A stretch of DNA of 64,000 bases from Microthyrium microscopicum (lineage: Eukaryota), in the NCBI GenBank assembly GCA_010405405.1, contig MU004230.1, positions 2,762,627-2,826,626 of the forward strand, written 5' to 3'. The position numbers and the translations under genes are program-made. A model generated the notes under the pieces. That model saw only the letters and a program-made list of their open reading frames with translations, was not told the origin of the DNA and did not search any database. How positions within the stretch are numbered: position 1 is the first letter of the stretch; each line of letters starts with the position of its first letter. Of the stretch, positions 21,495-32,700 are shown one piece after another.

Positions 21495-24400
21495 TATATA
21501 GAGTAATTATTAGCACGCGGGTTTATAAGGCCTTCTAAGTCTTAATATACTATATTAATACTTTATGTTAGTAAGCTAGGTAGAGATATTAGAGTTTATA
21601 TTAATTATTATAAACTTAATAAAATTACTATTAAGAATAGTAATATTCCTTCTCTTATTAATAAAATACTTATACGTTTAATGTATATAAAGTTCTACTC
21701 TAAATTTAACATTATTATAGCGTTTAAATAAATTTAGATTAAACCTAGAGATAAGCATAAAATAGCCTTCCTTACTTAATATAGCCTCTTTAAATTTAAT
21801 GTCCTTTCTTTTAGTCTTATAAGGGGACTAGGAACGTTCTAATCTTATATTAACTACGCATTAATATAATTCCTTAATAACTTTATTACTATCTACCTAG
21901 ATAATATCTTAATCTTTAGTAAGACGTTAGAAAAATATAATATATATGTTTATCTTATCTTAGATATATTAGAATATGTAGATTTATTCTTAAATATTAA
22001 GAAGTCTAAATTCTATATCTAGGAAGTTAAATACCTTAGTCTAATTATTACTACTAAGAATATTAAAATAGATCTTACTAAAGTTTAGGCAGTACTAGAA
22101 TAGAAATAACTAGCGTACTTAAAAGATATTTAGATATTTCTTAAATTTATAAATTTCTATTATTACTTTATATTTAGCTATTTAGCTATAGTAGCGCTAT
22201 TAACTAATCTTATAAGAAAGGACGCTATTATAGTCTTCCTATAAGATCTAAAGGGGCCTAAAAAGAAAGCATTTAAAGCTCTTAAAGAAGCTTTTACTTC
22301 TACTTCTATTCTTATTTATTTTAACTATAATAAAGAAACTTAGGTAGAAATAGATACCTTAGATTAGGCATATATAGTAGTACTATTATAAAAGGACGCT
22401 AATAGAGATCTTAAACTTATTACGTTTCTATTTAAAAAGATAATACCTATAGAATATAATTATAATATCTATAATAAGGAGCTATTAGCTATTATCTAAG
22501 CTTTTAAAGAATAGGAACCTAAACTCTTTAGTATAGAAGACGTTATTAAGGTCTTCTTAGATTATTAAAACCTCTAGATATTTATAAAAATAAAGAAGCT
22601 TACTTACTATTAAATATAATAAGCTAAATTCTTATTATAATTCTACTTCCTTATTAAATATTACCTAGGAATAGCTAATAATAAAGCTAACGCCCTTATG
22701 AGACGTTCCTAAGATCTTCCTTAAAGTAATAATAATCTATAGATTACTTAATAGTATTAACTACTTTTATTTCCCTATTAGTTTAGTATAAAAAAAGTAG
22801 TTAAACTTACTATAATTCTTATTAACCCTATTACCTTATCCCTTTTATAAGTAGTTATAATTATAGTAGATAAGTTAGATGCTACTATAATAGGGGAATT
22901 ATATTTAGAACCTATTATAGAGAGCCTTTAGAATAAGACTCTAGCTAGTTTAGATAATTCTCTACTAGTTAATAAGGAATCCTTAGACTTTGCTCTAGAA
23001 TAGTTCTTAAAAGAGGTAATAAAAGTAAGTAAGGTTAATAAGCTATTAATTATAATTTAGCTAGCTAAAGTATAAAAAGACTACTTCTTACCTTTTAATA
23101 TTCTTAACTAAAAGCATATTAAGTTAATAGATTATAAAGCTATGCTAGATAGTACTATACTCTACTAGTAAAAGCTCTTTATCTCTACTATCTATTTATA
23201 CTATAAAGCTATAAAATAGGCTTATTAATATAAGGTAATAGGATATAGAAGAGTTATAATAATATACTACTATTTATAGTAAGATTACTAGTAGCTACGT
23301 ATGTTAGAGTTAGTAAAGACTTTTATTAAGGGCTATTACTATATCTTTACTAAACCTATATATTAAAAGAAGTAAGGTTTATTAAGATCCTTTCTACTAC
23401 TAGATTATGCTTAGTTAGATATTTCTATTAACTTTGCTATCTCCTTACTAAGATATATATACTAAGAGATTATCTACTACTATATTATAATTATAGTTAA
23501 TTGCCTTATATAGTCTTAGAGATTTATTACCCTTCTTAACCTATTAGTTAAAATAATAATTATTATATTTATTAACTACGTCTAAAAGCTTTATAATTAA
23601 CTAGATTCTATTTTATTAGATAGAAGAACCTAGTTTATATTAGTATTTTAGAGTCGCCTTTATAAGCGTATTAGTATTACTCTAAGGTTAAGTATAGCTT
23701 AGTATCTTAAGATAGATAGAATTATAGAAATTTTAATTACTATACTTAAATAGTACTTATACTTATTTATTAATTAGGACTAAGATAATTAGGCTTTATT
23801 GTTACCCTTTACTAAGTTTATAGTTAATTCTATAGTAAGCGCTACTATAGGCTTTATACTATTTAAGGCCTAGAATAGTTTTTTACTAAAATTAGGATTA
23901 GAATTAGCTTATTATCTACTACTTAAGACTTTATATAAATCTATAGTAGCTTATAAGGAAGTTGCTTTAGTAGACTATATTTAGAATAGTAGAGAGAAGC
24001 TATACTAATTCTTAAAGGAATAATTAATATAGGCGTAGTTATAGTAAAAGCTCTATACTAATAAGTACTAGCGTTTAGTACCTAATCTTTATCTAGGAGA
24101 TTAGGTTTGTCTTAATATTTATAACTATAATATAATATACCCTTTAAAAACGCTTAATAATAAAAGCGTAGGATTATTTAAAGTCTTTTATAAGATTAAT
24201 AGTATTACTTATAAATTAAATCTACCTAAGTTAATAAAAATATATTTAGTATTTTATACTTAGTTATTATATCCTATTAATAATAAGGCTAAGCTTCTTA
24301 AAGAAGTTAATTCTTTATTAGCTATTATTAGCAAAGTTGAAGGTAAAGAAAAAGAATAGCTTGTAGATGCTATTACTAATAGTAAATAGGAAGGCTATAG

Positions 24401-24825
24401 CAAAGGTAAGGTCCTTAAATATAGGATTAAATAGAATAGTTATTACGATAAGAGTTAGCAACTATAGTAGAATATGCTTAATATGCCTAATGCTATCTTA
24501 GAGTTTTATTATCTATATCTTAATAAACTAGGTCTATATCCCTCGTAGAAGCTACTAAAGCCTAACTAAGAAGAAGATTATAATATTAATAGTTTACCTA
24601 TAAATTGGAATCTTATAGCATAAAAGCACTTTATTTTTATAGTTTTATATCCTTTGTTTTTAGTTTGTTTTTAATAATGCTATTATTAAGACTATTGGAC
24701 ACTATGAACTATCTTAAATAGATATCCTTACCTTTATTAATAGGTTTTAATAGTTGCTAGGGTTAGTAGATAACGTATTATATGTTTCTTAGTAGTAATA
24801 TATATGAAGGAGTTTTAGTATTTAT

Positions 24826-24895
24826 ATAGACTAGACTAGACTAGACTAGACTAGCTTAGCCTAGCCTAGAATAGAATAGATTAGAATAGCCTAGG
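24826..24895 (+). repeat. Pentamer array (TAGAC/TAGCC/TAGAA)n in the Gypsy-A 3' UTR; also present at ~50716-50785
   Basis: tagactagactagactagactagactagcttagcctagcctagaatagaatagattagaatagcctagg, just upstream of the PPT in both Gypsy-A copies. Confidence 0.75.
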
Positions 24896-27091
24896 AGGTC
24901 TATTTTAGAAAGGGGGAGTTATGTAAGGAATCCTTATAGGTTTAGTATTTTGGTATTAGATCTAGAGATCTAATCCTATAGATAAGATCTCTTTATCTCG
25001 TTTAGGGTTAGTGTGTCTAAGAATCCCCTAGGCCCTATATCTTTATATTCGTAGCTCTATCTCTAGATCTTCTCTCTCTATACGTAGATCCTATAATATT
25101 AGCTATATTCTGCTCGCCTAATTGTACCTAATAGCTCCTTACATTTAAGATATAACTTTCTAGATAATTTAAAGTTCTTTTAATGTTCTTGCTTAAATTT
25201 AATAGCGTGAACTACTTTTTTAAGTCTACCTATTAGACTCTTAGAAGCTATAGTATCTAAAATAGTATCTAATTAAGTAGAAGTAGTATATTGACTAATA
25301 AGACTAGCTCTACTTCTAGCGGTCTTAATTTCCTTATCATAATTAGCTACAAAGTGTCTAATAATAGCTTTAGCAACTAAATTAATAATATGTACAGTAC
25401 AACGAATATCATAGAAATCCTTAGTAGAACCTATTAGATTCTTTTCAGTTCTTAGCTAAGTAATTAATATATCGTTATTACTAGCATTATCCCGTAAAAA
25501 ACTAATAAAATGACTAATATCTAAGTTAAAAGACTTAATAATACTTTTAAATACACTATAAAGATATTTTCTAGTGTAATTAGTAGTTAATCTTTTAAAT
25601 CCTAGTAATCTATACTATAATTTAACGTTGCTATTAGCATAGATAATTATTATACCTAAAAAGGCATACTAATTACTATTAGATGTCTATGCATCTAAAG
25701 CTATAGCAAAATAATCGTTTTTAGAAACTACTGCTTTTAATTCACGTTTTAGCTTATCTTTTGCTTCATCGTAACTAGAATAAAGAAGATCTCAAAGCTT
25801 ATAACGATTAATTTAAGGACTATAACAATTATAATACTTTAGGAGTTCTTTAAAAGAATTAGAGCTACATGAGTTAAAAGATAGGTTATTTTTAACTATA
25901 AATTTAACTATTAAATATAAAGCAGTATCTAAATTAAAATCTAATCTAGTATTAGCTCTAGCTCGTTTATTACTAACTATAGACATAGTAAAAGGATTAC
26001 TAGGATTATTACTATTAGCTTTAATTCTAGCTTGGTATTCTCTTATAGTTTTTTTATTAGTTTCTTGCTCTTCTTTAGTAGCAATAGTTTTATATTTAGC
26101 TCTATAATGTGCTACATAATTAGAGGTTTAGAAACCTTCTAGATCTCTTATCCAACTATAAGAATAAAGAGTATATATAACTTTAACCTGTCTAGGCTTA
26201 GTAACATTAACAAGAAGTAGTTCCCTTTTAATAAGTCCTTTTGTAATTAAATAAGCATTAGAATTCTTATCGTCTAGCCTAAAGTGTAGTTTATTATACC
26301 TTTGCTAACTAAGTGAAGCAGTAGTAGAGATATTAGATATACTATCCTAAGGCATAATAGACTCAGTATTAGATATTTAGCTATCATTAAAGCTAGAATT
26401 TAGTATATTATGGTTAGCCATTATATAAACTATTTAAATAAATCTAAAGTCTTTAATATAATAGAAAATAAATTAGAATAAGTAAGACTAAGTTAATAGT
26501 TATATAGAGTATACTATCTAAATTCTAGAACCTAATTTTTAAGTCTTAAATAAGATAAAGAATAGAGATATAATAAATAATTAATGTTTTTTAATAAATA
26601 AAGATTTTTCTATTTTTTTAACGATTTATAAACTATAGAGCTAAGGAAGAATATAGTAATAGAAATGAAATAACTAAGCTATTCTATATCTAATAAGAAG
26701 AGCTTAGAATAATAACTAATATTATAGTAACTAGTTTAAAAGCTTAGAAATTTAAAAGTATAAAATCTAAACTTAAAGTCTAATTGTTTCTAAAAGCTAA
26801 ATAAACTAATGCTAACTAGAGTAAAAGCAATAAAGCTATAGACTATAAAAGCCAATTCTCTAAAGAGAAGAATATAGTATTATATTATGTAACAAAGGTC
26901 TATATATAATAAAATATTTAAAAAAGTAAAAAAAGAAAAGTGATTTTTGGCGATAGATTGAAATATATATAGTGAATTTTAATAATAAGGGGGTATGTAG
27001 GCAAGCTACAAGTAGGTAATAGTATAGTTTAAAGTAGTGTAAGCAAAGTAATTAATTAAAATCTAAGATAAGTAAGAATTCCAACAGGTTT

Positions 27092-27399
27092 ACTCAACAT
27101 ACTTATGTTCTTTTAATACAGAATCTACGCGTTGAAGACACCATTGTAACCGCCGTAATTCAAGCTTCAAAACGTATATCGTTTCAACTAGTTTAGGCGC
27201 GTAATGTGAAAGTTATTAATAGAAATAGATAGGGCGCATAAATGTTTTACTAAGCGCCCTATCTAGTTCTATCAATAACTTTCACATTACGCGCCTAAAC
27301 TAGTTAAAACGATATGCGTTTTGAAGCCTAAATCACGGCGGTTACAACGGTATCTTTAGCGCGTAAATCCTATATCGAAAGAACATAAGTATGTTAAGT
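27092..27399. repeat. Long inverted repeat (foldback), about 149-bp arms and a 10-nt loop, inside the hAT
   Basis: ACTCAACATACTTATGTTCTTT...GATAGGGCGCATA / loop AATGTTTTAC (27241-27250) / TAAGCGCCCTATC...AAAGAACATAAGTATGTTAAGT. Arm mismatches are mostly transitions. Confidence 0.93.
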
Positions 27400-27679
27400 T
27401 TCCCTTAATAATCTTTAAATTTCAAACAATTACTACACTTTCTACCTATTACTACTACTTTACATTTTAGTACTATTATATACTAGTGCTCTCTATACCT
27501 TCTAGACTTAGCCTCTTTTGTCTTTTTATTCAATACTTCTCTACTTTCTATAGTAAGTATTATTACCTTTTTTTTTTTTTTTTTTTTTTTTTTAACTTTC
27601 TTCTTTCTAGTCTCTGACACTAGGCTACTACTAGTTAATACTAGTGTTCTATATTATTCAACTCGCTAAATTTTCCTCT

Positions 27680-28723
27680 ATCCAACGGTCTCTTTGCCTA
27701 GTCTTATCTAGCCTTTTTAGGTAAGTTATCTTTTATTTTCAAACTTTATTTTTTTTTCTAACTTTTTATTTTAGTTATACTTCTCTTGTTCTTTCAGCTA
27801 AAAGTAAGTTATAACCCTATTCTTATTACATTATACTAATATAATATATAGTACCTTGAATTAACCCTTGCCCTTAATACGATCTACGAGTCAAACTACA
27901 ATATTTTATAAACGAATTTCTTAGCTATAGAAACGCCCTTTTTTCGAATAATAAATTACAATATAACTCGTTCATTTTAGAGCGAGAATGGGCTAGAAGA
28001 TAGGAATTTAGGTATTTGGTTTATATCCATTAAGAATATAATCTTCAACGTGTATATCTCAATTTCTTACCCCTTTTAGAAGGTAGAAACGTTAAATCTT
28101 TTATAGTTTACTTCGTCTTGAAAATTAAGGAAGTAGACTATAAAGCTATGTTTTTACATAATAGCAAGGAAACTACTATTCCTATTATATACAGGCCTAT
28201 TGCTATTTAGTCGTTACGTGGATATAAAACCAAATCATTAACTATACTAAATCTAGTAATCAATTAGAAAGGATTATAAGCAGATTAGACTGAAACTGCT
28301 TTCAAAACTAGCAAAACAGCTTCTAGGTAAGTTATATTCGTTCTTTTATTTCTAACTTATACTAACCTTTTATAGTAGCAAAGATCAGGTTTAAAAAACC
28401 TATAAATCTAACCCAAAACACCCTGTTGAATTACAAGAAGCTTCTACTGAGTCACGTCAAATTAGACACTAATAGCTACTAGAAACTCATAAGAAGATTA
28501 AGGAAGAACGACGAGCAGAGAAAGAGCTTAAATGAGGCTTTTGGAAGGTTAGTTTTCATTAATAATATTACTTTTATATACTAATTTAATATAGAAAATA
28601 AAAGAGCTTAAAGCGTTAGATTTAGCTGCTTCTAGCCCTGCTCTTAGCAATTCCTCTAATTTAACTTATGTCGAGGATGAAGAGCTAGATGTAGCTTTAG
28701 AAGATAATCGGTTTATGTCTTAG
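27680..28723 (+). pseudogene. RIP-damaged four-intron cargo gene of unknown function inside the hAT
   Basis: GT-AG introns with branch sites at 27721-27774, 27804-27851, 28327-28375 and 28548-28594. Splicing keeps one frame from 27866 to 28723 (YDLRVKLQYFINEFLSYRNALF...ETHKKIKEERRAEKELK*GFWK-KIKELKALDLAASS...YVEDEELDVALEDNRFMS), with scattered stops that are C>T/G>A revertible. The start is not resolved. Confidence 0.65.
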
Positions 28724-28829
28724 TTGAAATTTTAGTTATTTTCTTTCCGTAGTTTGTTTTTAGAATTCTAATGCTTATGTAATCAATTAATCTTTTGCCT
28801 ATAAAATAAAGCCATTTTTTCTCATTATA

Positions 28830-29700
28830 ACCATATATAATATATATCTTATCTCCTTCTAGATCTTAATATATTTATAAAAGTAACTTTTTTATATATT
28901 ATTTTATTATATAGAAATTAGATACAAATAAGACTTTAAACCTATATAAGGTTATAGAGCTACTCTTAAGCGTTATAACGATATATAAATCTTATAAAAA
29001 ACTATAAAGACTACTTTTCTATTATAGTTATAATAAAAAATATTAAATTTATTTATTATATATTTATTCCTTTATATTTTTATTAAAATATTATTAGTAG
29101 ATTATATAATATTAATATATTTATATAATTAGAATCTCTAGAGTATTTCCTAGTAAGTAGTATTATAGTAATACCTATTATATATCTTATCTCCTACTAG
29201 ATAATATTATATTTTATAAAGTAGTTTTCTATATATTATTTTATATTATAGAAACTAAATATAAATAAGAGTTAAAACCTATATAACGTTATAGACCTAC
29301 TTAATAGCATTATAATACTATATAATATTTATCTAAATCTTTTAAACGTACTATTAAATACTAGATATTATAATATATATTAAATTTAATCTTTATATAT
29401 TTATTTTCTTATATTTTTATTTTAATCTCATTAATAAATTATATATTATTAATATATCTATTTAATAAATATATATAGAGTATTCTATAGTAGTTAGTAT
29501 AATAGTAATATCTAGTATATATCTTATCTTCTTCTATATTTATTTATATTTTAAAAAGTACTAACTTTATAAGCTATTTTATATTATAATAACTAAATAG
29601 AAATAAGATATTAAACCTATACTACGTTATAGAGCTACTAAACTATACTATAATATTGTAACTTAGAACTAAAGAAGTATATTATTATACTATTTATTAA
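28830..29700 (+). repeat. Tandem array of about 2.5-3 units of ~338 bp near the right end of the hAT
   Basis: TATATATCTTATCTCC.. recurs at ~28841, ~29179 and ~29516; AAACCTATA...GTTATAGA.CTACT recurs at ~28938, ~29275 and ~29613. Confidence 0.8.
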
Positions 29701-32700
29701 TAATAAAAGTAAATATATATACTTATATATTTTATTAAAATCTATATCTTATATTATCTATAACTCTATAACTACTAATGTTATTAAAATTATAAGACTA
29801 GATTTAGATTCTAGAGATATAGAGCTATCGAATGATATATATTTTAGTTTAAATATAAAAGGCTTGGCTAGTATTAAACTAGTAGAACTAGTATACTACT
29901 ATTATACTATACTAGTTAACTAGTTTAATATTTTATACTAGTACTAACTAGTTATTAAATTTTTCTAAACTAGTACTATACTATACTAGTCATGTGACTA
30001 GTATAGTATAATACTATACTAGTCACGCGACTAGTTTACTAGACTAGACTAGTTTTACTACTAACTAGTTTGCCAACCTTGACAGAAGGTTCGTTCTAAA
30101 CCCTAGATCCGCGCTAGTCCTAATCTAGGATTAGGAAGTGGAAACACCAAAATTCAGCCTCTATTAGCTATTATATCTTTTTGCCTTTTCTACCCCTTTT
30201 TATATATTACTTTTGCCTCTATTGTAGTCTAAATTCTAGGCTCTAAGAAGATACGTTTTACGTTTTTAATAAGGTATAAATACTATAGTTATTATAGTAG
30301 TTAGTTAATTAGATTCTTTAATATTCTCTTTACTAATTCTATATTCCCTAAGCTATATAGACTATATTCTATTAGTTATAAGCCTAGTATTCTAATATAC
30401 CTTTATTATTTTATTATTCTATACGCAAATCTTTTATAAACTATATTATTATAATCTCCTAAATTCTAGCTATTACTATATACTAGTTTTAGTATTAAAA
30501 CTTACCTATTAGGTTATAGATTAATTTATAACGTTACTTCTAAACTTATAATTATTACTAAAGCTAGAACTACTCTCTAGAGCTACTATTCTTTTAGGTT
30601 AGGGTTAGGAAGTACTTTACTTTACCTATTCTTCTCTATAGCGACTTACACCTCTTTTTATTACTTTACTATTTATAATACCTATTTAAATTATTAGGAA
30701 GTAATAAGAGAACCTTACTACGTTATTTAATAGTAAGAAAGAGTAAGAAATTAGTAGATTAAATTAGGAAATTACCTAAAGAAGTAATCCTATAAACCTT
30801 AGGGGTATAAATATTCTTCTATCCTTTCTTCTCTTTCTCTTCTTTTTCTTTTCTTTATTATATACTTTAAGCTTTATACCTTTACTAGCACTCTTTTTAC
30901 TATATTTAGCGTTTATATAACCTTTACTATTAAGCTCCTAGCATATTCTTATCTTTAATAGTTCTTAAAAGCTATTACTTTCTTAAATTCTTAGCACGCT
31001 AATAGCCTTAGCATTAATAATACTAGAATATGCTAATAGCCTTAGCATTTATAGAGGTAAAGCATAAGTAATACTTCTTACTACTTTTAGTTGCTATCTA
31101 GTCTTCTAGTCTTTAACGATTCTTTTATTGCTATTACTCCCTTAACTTTAAAGACTTAACTACTAGTAGTCTTTACTTTTAAGAACTTAACCTCTTTACT
31201 AGGCTTAGTATGCTAATAGCTTTAGTATTAGTAGTACTAGATAATACCTTTTAACTCCTTAATAGTAACTATATTGCTATACTTGCTACTTCCTTTCTTA
31301 TAGACCTAAGCTACTAAGTAGGTCTCTTAAAGAAACTTATTATTAGTATTATATAAACTATTACTATTATTCCTTAACTTTAAGGACTTAATTTCTTTAC
31401 TACTTTAGTCGTAGTAGTGCTAAAACCTATACTACTTTTAAGTACGTCCTAAATTCCTATAGAATATTATTAGTAATCTTACTACTACTAACTTAACCTT
31501 AGTACTTTAATCTAGGCCTAGCACGCTATAACTAGAAGGTATATTTAGTAAAGATATATAAGTATCTAATTATTCTATATTCTATTCCTAAGTAGAGTAG
31601 AAAGAGCATTTAGTAAAGATATATAAGTATTTAATTATTCTATATTCTATTCCTAAGTAGAGAGATATAACGCTAGGCCTAAACCACTTAAAAAGGAAAT
31701 CTAAGAGGCCTAGAGGGTATAAATATCTTTCTTTTCTTACTTATCCTCCTTTTTTTTTTCTTCTTTCTCTATACTAAGGTAGTATTTCCTAAATAGAGGT
31801 ATAAAGACACTAAGGTAGTATTTCCTAAATAGAGCGACGACCTACTAGAAGCACTTATTATAAGCTTATGTACGCTCTTTCTAAATAGACTTAACACAAA
31901 TTACCTAAATAGGTAATCCCTTAATCCCTAGGAGTATAAAACACTTTCTTTCTCTTTTTCTCTATTTCTTCTTTTTCTTTTTCTATATACTAAGATAGTT
32001 CCTCTAAATTAAAGGTATCTCTAAAACGGCCTATTAAGCTAAAGGAATAAGCTATAGTAACTTAATATAATAGTAGCGTTCTTACCTCTTAATTAGAGTA
32101 GTATTAAAGATATTAGTCTTTATAGAAAGCTAGGTATTATTTTTAAGTATACTATATAGACCTTATAAAAGGATTATCTAAAATAGTAACTACTAGAAAT
32201 TTCTCTATAGCGATTATATTATAGAATAGTAACAACTAGTATACTTAAATTAACTTTATAAAATAGTAGGCATATACTCTAAATATATAGAATTATATTA
32301 ATCTAAAAGGAACTAGTTCTCCTCTAAAAGAACTAGTACGCTTATCTAAAATACGCCTAGTAAAGCCTACTATTTTTTAAGTATTTATAAAGAATAGTAA
32401 GGATTAACTTACTTAAATAGTAGAGTTAATTCCTACTTAAGAATATAATGTCCTATTATAAATATATAATTTAGACTACTAAGAGTATTAAGACACTAAA
32501 AACGCTATAGTTAAAATTAATAACTTCTTAAATAAGATAGTATCTAAAAGTCTTTAGAATTACGTTACTAACATCTTTAAGGCTTAAGATATACTTTAGG
32601 CACTTTAGAAAGGTATTTATTCTTTCTAAACTAGTATAATCTTAAAGCTAGATAAAAAATTTAATACTTTAAGGAAGGGATATAAATAGTAAGAACTATA

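Larger units (their letters stand above)
16259..25143 (+). mobile_element. Ty3/Gypsy chromovirus, family A copy 1 (RIP-inactivated)
   Basis: 222-bp LTRs at 16259-16480 and 24922-25143; TSD TTTAA; PPT AGAAAGGGGGAG. Degenerate protease (ILINIGSSA, ~19470), RT (YLDNILIFS, ~21895), RNase H, integrase and C-terminal chromodomain (E*LVDAITNSK...VLKYRIK*NSY, ~24350-24540). Confidence 0.92.
15190..26421 (-). pseudogene. RIP-mutated hAT transposase, interrupted by Gypsy-A at 16259-25143
   Basis: ATG at 26421; BED-finger remnant (TSNYVAHYRAK); catalytic motifs IALDA*TSN (~25690), RDNASNN (~25485), RCTVHIINL (CxxH, ~25395) and NTRWNSTY (~16185); dimerisation domain HPLDY*VKNQNQFPILFHLAKKYLIIPSTSTSAKSIFS (~15370-15480). 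The 3' end is approximate. Confidence 0.88.
13571..30081 (-). mobile_element. hAT-superfamily DNA transposon inserted 10 bp into the Copia 5' LTR (about 7.6 kb net of nested Gypsy)
   Basis: 23-bp TIR CAAGGTTGGCAAACTAGTTAGTA at 13571-13593 and inverted at 30059-30081. 8-bp TSD ACAGAAGG at 13563-13570 and 30082-30089. Dense subterminal ACTAGT/TACTAGTA motifs at both ends. Confidence 0.92.
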
